A stretch of 64,000 nucleotides of DNA, from NCBI RefSeq assembly GCF_964204645.1, contig NC_134026.1:7897950-7961949 (forward strand), written 5' to 3'. Source of the stretch: Tubulanus polymorphus. Taxonomy: Eukaryota; Animalia; Nemertea. Under the pieces are notes generated by a model that did no database searches, was not told the DNA's origin, and was given only the letters and a program-made list of their open reading frames with translations. A program made the position numbers and the translations under genes. Positions 1-12,400 of this stretch are shown one piece after another (the stretch's first letter is position 1; each line of letters starts with the position of its first letter).

Positions 1-181
1 AGCAATACTAAGTTATTGTATTATTCAACGCCCCCTGATGGCCACATACTAAAACCAATGACCTTGAAACTCACCAAAATCATAGAACACGTTATGGGCT
101 TCAACTTTCCAATTGAATGGACGGACGGACGAAAAGTGAACACAATAGCCCGCTGGGACTAAAGTCCCAAGTGGACTGAAA

Positions 182-2752
182 AAGAATTGTCGCGGGCGAC
201 AAAACCAAACTAATGAATTGTCGCGGGTGATAAAACCAAAATATTGAATTGTCGCGGGCGACAAAACCAAACTAATGAATTGTTGCAGGCGATAAAACCA
301 AACTAATGAATTGTCGCAGGCGAAATAACAAAAGTATTGAATTGTCGCGGGCAATAAAACCAAAATAATGAATTGTCTCGGGCGATAGAACCAAAATAAT
401 GAATTGTCGCGGGCGACAAAACCAAAATAATGAATTGTCGCGGGTGATAAAACCAAAATAATGAATTGTCTCGGGCGACAAAACCAAAATAATGAATTGT
501 CGCGGACGATAAAAACAAAATATTGAATTGTCGCGGGCGATAAAACCAAAATAATGAATTATCGCGGGCGATAAAACCAAAATATTGAATTGTCGCGGGC
601 GATAAAACCAAAATAATGAATTGTCGCGGGCGACAAAACCAAAAAAAAAATTGTCGCGGGCGACAAAAACAAAGTATAAAACCAAAATAATGAATTGTCG
701 CGGGCGTCAAAACCAAAAACAAGAATTGTCGCGGGCGACAAAACCAAAATAATGAATTGTCGCTGGAGATAAAACCAAAGTAATGAATTGTCGTGGGCGA
801 TAAAACCAAAATATTGAATTGTCGCGGGCGACAAAACCAAACTAATGAATTGTCGCGGCAACAAAACCAAAAAAAGAATTGTCGGGGCGACAAAACCAAA
901 ATAATGAATTGTCGCGGGCGACAAAACCAAAATGGTGAATTGTCCAGGCGACAAGATCAAAATATTGAATTGTCGCGGGCGATAAAATCAAAATAATGAA
1001 TTGTCGCGGGCGATTAAACTAAAATAATGAATTGTCTCGGGCGACAAAACAAAAATAATGAATTGTCGTGGGCGATAAAACCAAAATAATGAATTATCGT
1101 GGGCGATAAAACCAAAATATTGAATTGTCACGGTTGATAAAACCAAAATAATGAATTGTCGCGGGCGACAAAACCAAAATATTGAATTGTCGCGGGCGAC
1201 AAAACCAAAATATTGTGTCTAGGGTAGATACATGTATAAACCAAATATCAAGACATTACCTTGAAGCGTCTTCAAAACTTCCCAAAATAACTGGATTCCG
1301 TCTATGGACGGACGGACGAAAAGTGAACACAATAGCCCGCTGGGACTAAAGTCCCAAAAGGACTGAAAAAGAATTGTCGCGGGCGACAAAACCAAACTAA
1401 TGAATTGTCGCGGGTGATAAAACCAAAATATTGAATTGTCGCGGGCGACAAAACCAAACTAATGAATTGTTGCAGGCGATAAAACCAAACTAATGAATTG
1501 TCGCAGGCGATATAACAAAAAATATTGAATTGTCGCGGGCAATAAAACCAAAATAATGAATTGTCTCGGGCGATAGAACCAAAATAATGAATTGTCGCGG
1601 GCGACAAAACCAAAATAATGAATTGTCGCGGGTGATAAAACCAAAATAATGAATTGTCTCGGGCGACAAAACCAAAATAATGAATTGTCGCGGACGATAA
1701 AAACAAAATATTGAATTGTCGCGGGCGATAAAACCAAAATAATGAATTATCGCGGGCGATAAAACCAAAATATTGAATTGTCGCGGGCGATAAAACCAAA
1801 ATAATGAATTGTCGCGGGCGACAAAACCAAAAAAAAAATTGTCGCGGGTGACAAAAACAAAGTATAAAACCAAAATAATGAATTGTCGCGGGCGTCAAAA
1901 CCAAAAACAAGAATTGTCGTGGGCGACAAAACCAAAATAATGAATTGTCGCTGGAGATAAAACCAAAGTAATGAATTGTCGTGGGCGATAAAACCAAAAT
2001 ATTGAATTGTCGCGGGCGACAAAACCAAACTAATGAATTGTCGCGGCAACAAAACCAAAAAAAGAATTGTCGGGGCGACAAAACCAAAATAATGAATTGT
2101 CGCGGGCGACAAAACCAAAATGGTGAATTGTCCAGGCGACAAGATCAAAATGGTGAATTGTCGCGGGTGACAAAACCAAAATATTGAATTGTCGCGGGCG
2201 ATAAAATCAAAATAATGAATTGTCGCGGGCGATAAAACTAAAATAATGAATTGTCTCGGGCGACAAAACAAAAATAATGAATTGTCGTGGGCGATAAAAC
2301 CAAAATAATGAATTATCGTGGGCGATAAAACCAAAATATTGAATTGTCACGGTTGATAAAACCAAAATAATGAATTGTCGCGGGCGACAAAACCAAAATA
2401 TTGAATTGTCGCGGGCGACAAAACCAAAATATTGAATTGTCGCAGGCGACAAAACCAAAATAATGAATTGTCGCGGGAGACAAAACCAAAATAATGAATT
2501 ATCGCGGGCGATAAAACCAAAATATTGAATTGTCGCGGGCGATAAAATCAAAATATTGAATTGTCGCGGGCGACAAAACCAAAAAAGAAAAATTTCGCGG
2601 GCGACAAAAACAAAATATAAAACCAAAATAATGAATTGTCGCGGGCGACAAAACCAAAATAATGCATTGTCGCTGGCGATAAAACTAAAGTAATGAATTG
2701 TCGTGGGCGATAAAACCAAAATAATGAATTGTCGCGGGCGACAAAATCAAAA
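182..2752. repeat. 31-bp tandem satellite (consensus AAAACCAAAATAATGAATTGTCGCGGGCGAC) in two arrays, ~182-1214 and ~1370-2752
   Basis: Head-to-tail units with an internal palindrome TTGTCGC-GG-GCGACAA. The same order of variant units recurs in both arrays (higher-order duplication ~119-1214 vs ~1306-2430). Confidence 0.95.
1216..1370 (+). mobile_element. Helentron/HINE-like non-autonomous element end; second copy of the 3' part at ~119-183
   Basis: (GGAC)n microsatellite, then a short hairpin TGGGACT-AA-AGTCCCA and an A-run, which is the DINE-1/HINE-type layout. Near-identical segment at 119-183. Confidence 0.55.
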
Positions 2753-3782
2753 TCATTGTTTTCTCGCGTTATTTTAGTTTTGTCGTAATGTCGCCCTTAT
2801 TTGCATATTCGTGTTATTTATCTTATCAGCCACCATACTAAAGCTTTAAGGTCGCCTAAAACTCGATAAACACTTCAAGCGACACAGCGAACGATCTCCT
2901 TTCCCCCACAGCGAACGCTTACTCCGAATGTCAAGTGTGAGTCCAGCATACGGATAGGAGTGTGTTATATACTTGTATTTAGTAAATACCTTGTGGATTT
3001 GACAATGATCGGTATGTACTGTAGGAAATATAGAGTATTGATGGTATTGATAAAGAGGGCCGCGGGTGAATAAAGTAATATGTTCTTTAATTTTGGTACC
3101 TCGTCGACATAACAGCTTTTCTCCGCTATATCTCTTCGGCGTGTTTAGTTTAGGCCTACGACTCCCCGGTACACTTATGATTTATCTTAGTTAAAACACG
3201 GTAAATTTGGTAAAGAAAAATAGGTATCGCTAAATTAACTGCTTGACGCCCGGAGCCAAATCACTGGTAGTAATAAATTAATTTGTACTCGATTTGATTC
3301 TCAGAATGAGAGAAACTCGCAGCTGATTCCCGGAACGACGATGTAGTGACACACGTCGATTTGTCGATATTTACGGCTCGACAGTGCTTTTAAAATCTAA
3401 AGTAGTAAATTTCCTGTGTATCAGTAATACAATTTGATGAGGAAAATGGGTTACTGTTAAAATTAGTTTTTAAAAACCGCGACAGAATGTGCAATCTTTC
3501 GGTAATAAATTTGTTAATTTATGCTTGAATTGATAATCGATGTGACAAGAAACGTGCGGTAGATTTCGGAAAGACGACTTAGAAAAACATGTCGGCTCTT
3601 TGAATGGGGCTCAATTTTCGAAGTTTACGACCCGACAGTGCTTTTGTAACGTTGATTCTTCAAAATTCGCACGGAGTATTTGTAGATCGAACTGAGCTGA
3701 ATGATATCAGACGGATTGTATCGGCAACAGCGGTAATGTAAAAAAGCCTATGTACTTTTGACAAAAAATGTGTGGAAAAAAA

Positions 3783-3862
3783 AATAATAATAATAATAAT
3801 AATAATAAGAAACACGCGAATCTCAATAGGGTTTTCTGTGATGTAACAGAAAACCCTAAAAA
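3783..3862 (+). mobile_element. Helentron/HINE-like 3' end
   Basis: (AAT)n followed by hairpin TAGGGTTTTCTG-N8-CAGAAAACCCTA and an A-run. Confidence 0.45.
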
Positions 3863-4773
3863 TGTGTCGATATGAAATGAAGAAACCCAGTAAAGCAAAT
3901 GCTCGTTGGTATGGACACCCACACTACACACACTAATTCGTCGCAAACATTCACAGATCCACACACAATTGCAATAGTAAACATGGCTGAAAATTCAGTA
4001 TTCCAAGAGTTTATTGCTTTTGAATGACTATTTGAGGGAATTAAGTGACTTTTTTATTTAAGGTTGCTATTGGAATTTTGCCACTAAGCACCACAAATAG
4101 TTTTTAAAAAGAGAAAAAATTACCCACCAATACAGTACAGCAAAAGTACCCTTAACAAAAGGGCGTCTAGAAACTATAAAATTGTTTACTGCTTTAACTA
4201 TATTTATATTTTCTAATCGTTATCACTCTATCAAACTGAATGGTTTAGAGTAATCACTAAACTTCCTCGCTCTTTCAGAGTTAATTCTGGAGTCGGAGAC
4301 TGCAAAAACTCCTTTTTCACGAAAGAACAGATCTGGAACGTTAAGAAAGTAAACCTGATTGAGCTTCTCAAACCTGATTGAGTGAATCATCATATGAAAA
4401 TTATAGAAACAGAACAGACAACCACGGGTGCTAGCGATTGCTCATCAAAGGTAGGAATTCATTGTTATTTCGTCACTAAACGAATTGAATTTGAGCAAAC
4501 ATTTTTCAGCATGTTTACTATAAAATATCTCACCATTTACAATAGATGTACAACGAATATTGATGTTTGCTTCTTTTAACCCTATTTATTTTACCCTATA
4601 ATCAACTTTCACAAAATCTGAATGAATTATGTCAGATTCTTCTAAGGATTGATTCTTTATTTGATGCAAACAATAAATTGTGAGCGTCAATAAGTAAAAT
4701 ATGGATTCAATTTGCGCCAGTCTATTGTTGATACATTCGGTCCACACTTGAGTTTATCATAATCGTGAATATC

Positions 4774-5739
4774 ATGAATTCTACTCGGATGCAAACCGGT
4801 CGAACTTACAACAGTTACATCGTTCTCATGTCAGTCGCGAACAGGTCTGGAAGCTACCGTACTGTGTCACTGGTCATTCTGCCGGTCATTTTCCTGCTCG
4901 GAGCCTTCGGAAATTCAGCTACTTTCTTGATAATGATAAGTCACAGATTCCGTAGGTTATCTTACGCTAACTATCTTATCGTCTTGTCAATCTGTGATTC
5001 CATATTCTGCATCAGTTTTACACTGATGCCTGTTTTACAGTTTGTTCTCGTGCACGTTAAAGATGGTCCTACATTTATTATGAATTCGCTGATCATTTGT
5101 CAAATATATGAATTCATAATGGCAATTGTGAACAGCAATAGTGCGTGGTTAATAGTAGCAATATCTCTAGAACGTGCGGCAGTTGTGCTCTTCCCGTTCA
5201 CATCTCGTTTGATATGTACACCGAGATTCGCTAGATTTGTTATATTGATAATCATTGCAGTGAATGCACTGGTTTTATATCTTCTACCTACGATTTCGAT
5301 ATATTTTGAGGATCCATCGTTCGGATGTTACTATACACTTATTGACCAAATAACATATTTCTCCATATTTGGAATCTTCGCGTATATCATACCATTATCT
5401 TTAATAATGATATCAAATACTGTTATAATTATTCAGTTATTTAGAGGTTCAAAAATGGTTTCGTCGGATCAGAAAACTACAAAATCAAAACGTACAACAA
5501 TAATGCTTGTAACAGTTTCACTCGCATTTGCAATATTCACACTTCCAACTACTATTAATACTTTTTTACCAATCTCACCGGAACAGAGAGGTTTTCTGTA
5601 TGACATTTTCTCTCTCTTCCATCTTTGTAACTACGTCGTAAATTTTTACATATATCTTTTACTGGGACAAGAAATTCGTGAATATTTCTGTATGAAAATC
5701 GGCTGTAGAAATTCAGTCAAACAACCATTGATTACATGA
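4774..5739 (+). CDS. Intronless class A orphan GPCR (FMRFamide-receptor-like/putative chemoreceptor), copy 1, 321 aa
   Basis: Seven hydrophobic helices; TM1 GN, TM2 LSxxD, TM3 Cys and SLERAAVVLFP, ECL2 Cys, TM5 PL, TM6 FTLP, TM7 NFYIY, helix 8 EIREYF. ATG at 4774 aligns with paralog starts. Confidence 0.93.
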   Translation: MNSTRMQTGRTYNSYIVLMSVANRSGSYRTVSLVILPVIFLLGAFGNSATFLIMISHRFRRLSYANYLIVLSICDSIFCISFTLMPVLQFVLVHVKDGPTFIMNSLIICQIYEFIMAIVNSNSAWLIVAISLERAAVVLFPFTSRLICTPRFARFVILIIIAVNALVLYLLPTISIYFEDPSFGCYYTLIDQITYFSIFGIFAYIIPLSLIMISNTVIIIQLFRGSKMVSSDQKTTKSKRTTIMLVTVSLAFAIFTLPTTINTFLPISPEQRGFLYDIFSLFHLCNYVVNFYIYLLLGQEIREYFCMKIGCRNSVKQPLIT

Positions 5740-7545
5740 ATCTTTTACTAATGTTTCCCTTATTGAGATGAGGCCTAAAAATATGTTATTTCATTCCATT
5801 ATCAATCATAATATCAGATTGTTCATATGTTTTGATCTTTTTCAGTTTTCGTCTCTGGGTGAATCTTAAATACGCCCTCGCAGGACCAAATTGTCGGTTG
5901 TTTTGATAATAAATTAATAATATATGCTTGAAATAATTATTAACCAACAATGATTTTAAATGTATGCCACTTTCAAAATTAGAAAGATCTGATGTTCAAC
6001 ATAGTGGCCTATTTCTACAAATTGTAAATGCATCTGAATAAAAAGGAATATGAAGTGAAGTACATTAACGGTTAATTGGAATTCACTGCTTTTCAGATTT
6101 TTTACGCAACTGAGGCGCAATGGTGTGAGGGAAATGATCCGTTTACTTTTCATTCAAGAGAAGGCGCGACTGCACCAGGAGCAACATGATGCGTCACATG
6201 GAATCCTCCGCCGTGGAGAGGGGTAGCCGAGAGATTTGAAATATCCGGACCTCTCCGTACATGTGAATGGATATCAAATTTGGTAATTTGGTTAATTTTC
6301 ATTCTCATTGTTATTCTATGAACCTATTTTATACGTCATCTTTTCTTTTGTTGAAAGTTTTTTTTTCATCCACAATCGTGTAGTATTTTATGATGGAGAA
6401 ATATTAAATTGAATTGAATTGATTACAATGCCACGGGGAGAAGAGCGTATTTATTATTATATGTATATATTGGAAGGGCTAGCATATTTACAGCAATGAG
6501 GTAAGCCCAGACGGTCATATCGATTATTTGATCTAGGGCAAATAGAAAATGGGCATTCGGACGCTGATCACGGCCTTTAGCACAGGAAGATAACTTCTCA
6601 GAATTTTTAACACTATTATTGTTAATGCCATCCTCGCTTGCCAGGGGTCCAGTATCACTCCCAAACTCGCTTCCCCCAGCCCCCTGGCCTCACGAAGCGT
6701 GATTTCATTACTGGCGCTGTTGCGCATGACGTCATATATCGATTTGCGAAATACTTCCTTGTTCGGTAAAACGTTCGCTGATTGGTCCATTTAACGGGAA
6801 AACCAACAGGAGTCTACTGTCGGTTTGTTACAAGCGCTGTGATTGGTACGACCGGATTCTGGTCGGCTAGTAACGACTCCAACGACTCGTGAGGTCAAGG
6901 GGTTCGGGAACAGCTTTAGCGTAGTGGGTTCGAATCCCTTGACGGGTGAAGATGTGTTAATGCAGGCATCGAAGACCACTCCTTCTCCGACAATATGACA
7001 ACTGAAGTAGTTATGCGATTATTTTATTAGAAGTGTCCTGACCTGAAAAAATCATCAAATATTTGAGAACCCTCGGAACATCCCCCTGCCTGGATCCGCC
7101 CCTGAAATGATTCTATTTTGACCTGTGTTTACCTGTATGAAACTGATAGACATCTTCTTGATGTAGGCTAATAAGATATTTCACATTTTACAGTTAATTT
7201 TTCTACAACGTAGGACTATATGCATATCTGATTAAGTTACATTTATATTTCTAAAATACCGGTTATTAATTTTACGCAAAATCTGAGTAAATTGTGTTAG
7301 ATTTCTGAGAATTCATTTTCAATTCACTGTTAACAATAAATCTTACAAAATGATTTGTGATAGCTGTAATAAGGACTTAACGATATCTTTCTATAGTAAA
7401 GTTAAATTAATTTTCGAATATGCGAGAAGACACAGTCAGTTCTAGTATGTACTCAGTCGGTCGGTATACTCTCATACAGTCAGTACACTCTCGGGCAGTC
7501 AGCACAGTCTCGGGCAGTCAGTACTTACATCTCTTCTCAAACAAT

Positions 7546-8484
7546 ATGAATTTATCTCGGAATCAAAATGGTCGATCGTATAGCAATAATATTGTCATCA
7601 TGTCTGTTGTGAACAGATCTGGAAGTTACCTTACTGTGTCACTGGTCATTCTGCCTGTTTTGTTCCTGTTTGGAGCGTTCGGAAATTCAGCTACTTTGCT
7701 GGTAATGATAAGTCGCAGATTCCGTAGTTTTTCTTACGCTAACTATCTTATTGTTTTGTCTCTAAGTGATTCCATACACTGCATCAATTATACACTGATG
7801 CCTGTTTTACAGTTCATTCTCTCGCGCGTTCAAGATGGTCCAATATTCTTGATGACTTCACAGATCAGTTGTCAAATATATGAATTTGTAATGGCGCTTG
7901 CATTTGCTGATAGTTCGTGGTTAATAGTAGCAATATCTCTAGAACGGGCGGCGGTTGTGCTCTTCCCGTTCACATCTCGTTTGATATGTACACCGAGATT
8001 CGCTAGATTTGTTATATTGATAATTACTGCAGTGAATGCACTGGTTATATTTCTTCTACCAACTGTTTCGATATATTTCGATGATCCTTTGTTCGGATGT
8101 TACCACACATTAATCGACCAAATAACATATTTCTCCATATTTGTCATCTATGCGTACATTCTACCGTTATCTTTCATAATAATATCTAATTCTATAATAG
8201 TAGTTCAGTTATTCAGAGGCTCAAAAATGGTTTCGTCTGATCAGAAAACTACAAAATCAAAACGTACAACAATAATGCTTGTAACAGTTTCACTTGCATT
8301 TGCAATATTTACACTTCCACCAACTATTACTACATTTTTACCAATCTCAACAAAACAGAGAGATTTTCTATATGACATATTCACACAATTCCATCTTTGT
8401 AACTATGTGGTAAATTTCTACATATATCTTTTACTTGGACGAGAAATTCGTGAATATTTCTGTTTGAAAATCAGCTGTAGATAA
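7546..8484 (+). CDS. Intronless class A orphan GPCR, copy 2, 312 aa
   Basis: Same motifs as copy 1. The start aligned with paralogs is ATG 7546; the ORF extension from 7420 runs through the minisatellite. Confidence 0.92.
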   Translation: MNLSRNQNGRSYSNNIVIMSVVNRSGSYLTVSLVILPVLFLFGAFGNSATLLVMISRRFRSFSYANYLIVLSLSDSIHCINYTLMPVLQFILSRVQDGPIFLMTSQISCQIYEFVMALAFADSSWLIVAISLERAAVVLFPFTSRLICTPRFARFVILIITAVNALVIFLLPTVSIYFDDPLFGCYHTLIDQITYFSIFVIYAYILPLSFIIISNSIIVVQLFRGSKMVSSDQKTTKSKRTTIMLVTVSLAFAIFTLPPTITTFLPISTKQRDFLYDIFTQFHLCNYVVNFYIYLLLGREIREYFCLKISCR

Positions 8485-8577
8485 TTCTGTGGTAAATTTC
8501 TACATATATCTTTTACTGGGACGAGAAATTCGTGAATATTTCTGTATGAAAATCTGTGATAGAAAGTCAGTCAAATA
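8485..8577 (+). pseudogene. Tandem duplicate of the GPCR 3' end (TM7-helix 8)
   Basis: TGTGGTAAATTTCTACATATATCTTTTACTGGGACGAGAAATTCGTG repeated immediately after the stop of copy 2. Confidence 0.85.
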
Positions 8578-9458
8578 ATTACTTGATTCAACGTATGATT
8601 ACAACTTGAAAATGGCTTACTGTAATTAACGGAACAGGGACCTTATACCAAATTCAAATGATAACAATATTTAAGTACACGTATATTAAGTCGATGATAC
8701 CACTATTGTTATCACAATTATGTGTCGAATGACAAGTTGTTTAATCAATGCGAAAGACAATTGACTATTGGCGATTTGAAACATTCACTACTATGGTTCC
8801 GTTCTAATGTTGATAAGTATTTTCTTAGTAGTACTATGTACATGTATGAGAAAAATGATAATTGTCGTTTTTGATTTATAGTCAGGCCGCTTGTCTATGG
8901 AAACCAATTTCGAGTTTTGAGAACGCGAGCACTGGGTCATCCTCGCTTGCCGCGAGGTATCGGCGGAAGCGAGTTCAGAAAGCGATACCGGACCTCAGGC
9001 AAGCGACGATGGAGAAGATGGCGCGAGTCCCATTGATTACATCTTCGCTTGCTAGGATATTGGCAACCAATTTGAAATTTACTTCATTTCTCAAAACGTA
9101 TCGATGAAGCCATGGCAAGCGAAGAACATCATTACGTCCATGCCGATTCACCATTCAAAAGTACGGATGCTCTCCAAAACGCTTCCCAGAAAACTAACAC
9201 CAAGTGAGAAGGAAGGTCGCTGATTAGATTTATTGTTCCTTTCTCTTCAAAACAAAGTACCGGTATGTAAACAACAATCACATATCAATAATCATGTATT
9301 TATTCACCTTCCAAATAAGATACATTTTGATACAATGTGTTCAATATTTCATTGACTGCACCGCAAAGTTTAGTTCACAATTCCCGCTTAGATATATCAA
9401 GAATAGTTTTAACTGGTTTAAACTGGTCTATTTTTTTTTGGGGGGGGGGGGGGCACTT

Positions 9459-12400
9459 TTAACTGGTCTGGGGGGTGTCCTCTTGAAGTGATTCTGCCAT
9501 GAATAATTTACCGAAACTTTGCGAAGCAAATTCATTAATATGTTGAGTGTAAGTGTTTATTTGACTGGATATTAATAAACTGTCTAATCTCGCTGGGGGC
9601 TGAAGAGGTTTAAACATCTTATGAATATCTTCATCACCGAGAGGTGCTTCACCCCGCGCTGTCCGAGCGTTATTCTCCAATTGCTGAAAAACAAATTTAA
9701 ACTCTATTTATGAACGCAAAAAATACAGCGCAGTGTATCAGAGACAGAGGATGAGGATGGATCTGGGAGGCGTTGGATCCGGCAGAATCACTGTAACTTA
9801 CCCTCTTCGCCAGATATTGTTGTTTAGTTTGATTCTGTTTTGCAAACTGTCTTTGGAAATTGAAGAACTTATTCGCGTCTTGACTCAAATCATCGACGCA
9901 TCCCATCAATAGTTTCACGTAGTTCTCTAAATGTGTACTGAAATAATAAACGCACGACATGAAATCCCCTCATCAGGTGAGACAGCAGCTTATACCACAC
10001 CATATAGCAGTCATACAACGAATCAGATCGAGTGACAACATGAAATCCTAACAGCTTATAGCAGATCTACGGAAGCGATTAAGGACCTCGAGATGTCGCG
10101 TTCCAACTCGACAAGTCGCCATATTTAGGTCGACATATCGCGTCAAGTCGACATGAATATGTCGATATATCGTGACATTCTGACGACATATTTCGTTCTC
10201 TCGACCACTTTCCTCGCGACAAGTCGACATATTACTGGTGCCCTCATCTTACATTTAGACATGTCTTCAAATAACGGCTTGTCCCGTGGAAAATGGGAAA
10301 AAACCGAAATTTGTTGTGAAAACGTCACGATATGTCGACATATTCATGTCGACTTGACGCGATATGTCGACATAAATATGGCGACTTATCGAGTTGGAAC
10401 GCGACAACTCGAGGCCCTTTATCGCTACCGTACAGATCAGACCCATGAAGGTATGACTTCACTAATAAATAAATTTGAATAATATCTCCAACAATTCAGT
10501 TTTGTTTTTATTAAGATAAACGAGTTATTACCAAGATTCGTAGAATAACCGTGTTAACCGGGTATATTATAAGTAACAACACGAGTAGTACTATATAGGT
10601 TAACTATTCATTTGACGCACGAGCTTTCGCTACTAATGTATAGAAGCTTCATCAAGTACAGTAGCTTCATTCACCTGATGACGCTATTATACATCAGTAG
10701 CGAAAGCTTGTGTATCAAATAGATAGTCAACCTACCTAGTACCGGGTACATGTACTACTCATCTCGCTATTTAATTGTTTTTGTGAAACTGAGTGAGAAC
10801 TGTGAAGTTTACCTGGTCGCCAGATCGAGGAACTGATTATGATTTGTAGATGGCGCTAGCTCCTCTAAATCACACAGCAAAGTATTAGTTAGGTGACTGT
10901 TACGTATTACTATTGGTACTTCCTGAAACATCTTATTAAAACTCATTCCGGCAGCGCTTAATCTATAACATACAATAACAACAATCATCAGATATCAAGG
11001 TCGAAGGGAGCATACATTCGTTACAGAATACATAGACCCAGGGGAAGGGAACATACATTTCTTAGACCGAGAAGAAAAGAGCATACATTGATTGCAAAGA
11101 CCTATGGAACGGGAGCATATATTTTTATTACGTAGACTAGGAGAGGGAGCATACATTACTAAACTTACACAGACTCAGGCGAAGTAAGCACATATTTTCC
11201 ACATTGACAGGGAAAAAGAGGCCATACATGCACTGCATACACCCAGGGGACGGAAAGACCCACTAATGATGGTTACGATCTATTTGCCCAATGGTGGTTG
11301 GCTTTCTCTGAGACAATTCATCACATGACAAATCTTAAAACCTTAGTCATGTTACGGTTTACCTCACGCCATCTGAATGTAAATAAAGACTTCTCTCCCT
11401 CCTCTATTTACTACACTACAGTGAAATAAAGACAATTCGGTTTACAAAGTAACGTACGCTTCTGGTGAGAAATCTCCATCTCTGTACATCGACATCATAT
11501 CACCAGTTAGGCGCATAGCTTTCAATGACAGATGGCCTTTACTCGTCCTCTCAGGATCTAAAAACAAACATAATACATATAAAACCAGTCTTAATACAGA
11601 CACGGATCAGTATTGGCCAGCGTGGATCAGAGCAACCTTCGATCAGAGTCTACCCTTTTGCATCAGTGACAACCATCTTGGATCAGAGTCCACCCTTTTG
11701 AATCAGTGACAAGCATCTTGGATCAGAGTCTGCACTCTTGGATCAGTGACAACCATTTTGGACCAGTGTTGGCCAACTTGGATCGGAGCCTGCACTCTTG
11801 GATCAGTGGTGGCCATCTTGGATCAGAGTCCACCCTTTTGAATTAGTGACAACCATCTTGGATCAGAGTCTGCACTCTTGGATCAGTGACAACCATTTTG
11901 GACCAGTGGTAGCCAACTTAGATTGGAGTCTGCACTCTTGGATCAGTGGTGGCCATTTTGGATCAGAGACATCCATCTACTATGACTTACCGTATATAAT
12001 AACGACAGATTCTTCTATAGAATGTTGATAGTTAAACTGTGAGTCTAATAGAGCTTTATTGATGAACGTTCCGAATCTAGTGCTCTGATACCAGCCGACG
12101 TGCAAGTGATCGATATTTACATGTCGTAAATTCCTCATCATTTCCATCTGATAATGAACTATAAAACAAACACATAATAATACATGACACAGTTTAACGG
12201 GATTCTTATTTAAGCGTTTAAGTTAGTTCATTCTAATGATTTAACTAATAGAATGGAAGACTTCAAGAGCCGTATAAACCCAGTGTAGAATAATCAAAAT
12301 GAGACACGGATAGTATGTTAACTTGTATGGAACATCGGACGATCTAAGCACACACCCCAAAACAAAAGCCCCCGTGCATTCTGTATGCCCTGTGATGAAG

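Noticed and set aside
49-2719. Long overlapping minus-strand ORFs
   Set aside because: These are translations of the satellite, with the same peptides cycling through all frames.
182-2752. CRISPR-like array of palindromic ~31-bp repeats
   Set aside because: Units abut without unique spacers, there are no cas genes, and the context is eukaryotic.
6880-6945. tRNA gene (GGTTCGAATCCC B-box); similar at ~23714 and ~33520
   Set aside because: No convincing cloverleaf or acceptor stem; at most tRNA-derived repeat fragments.
7420-7545. N-terminal extension of GPCR copy 2
   Set aside because: It runs through the upstream minisatellite and is not open in paralogs.
10048-10482. Several 60-110 aa ORFs on both strands (also 39662-39853)
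   Set aside because: They lie within a palindromic MITE and show no protein motif.
11260-11380. Intronic C/D snoRNA candidate in EIF3H
   Set aside because: A C-box-like GTGATGA is present on the sense strand, but there is no properly spaced D box or terminal stem.
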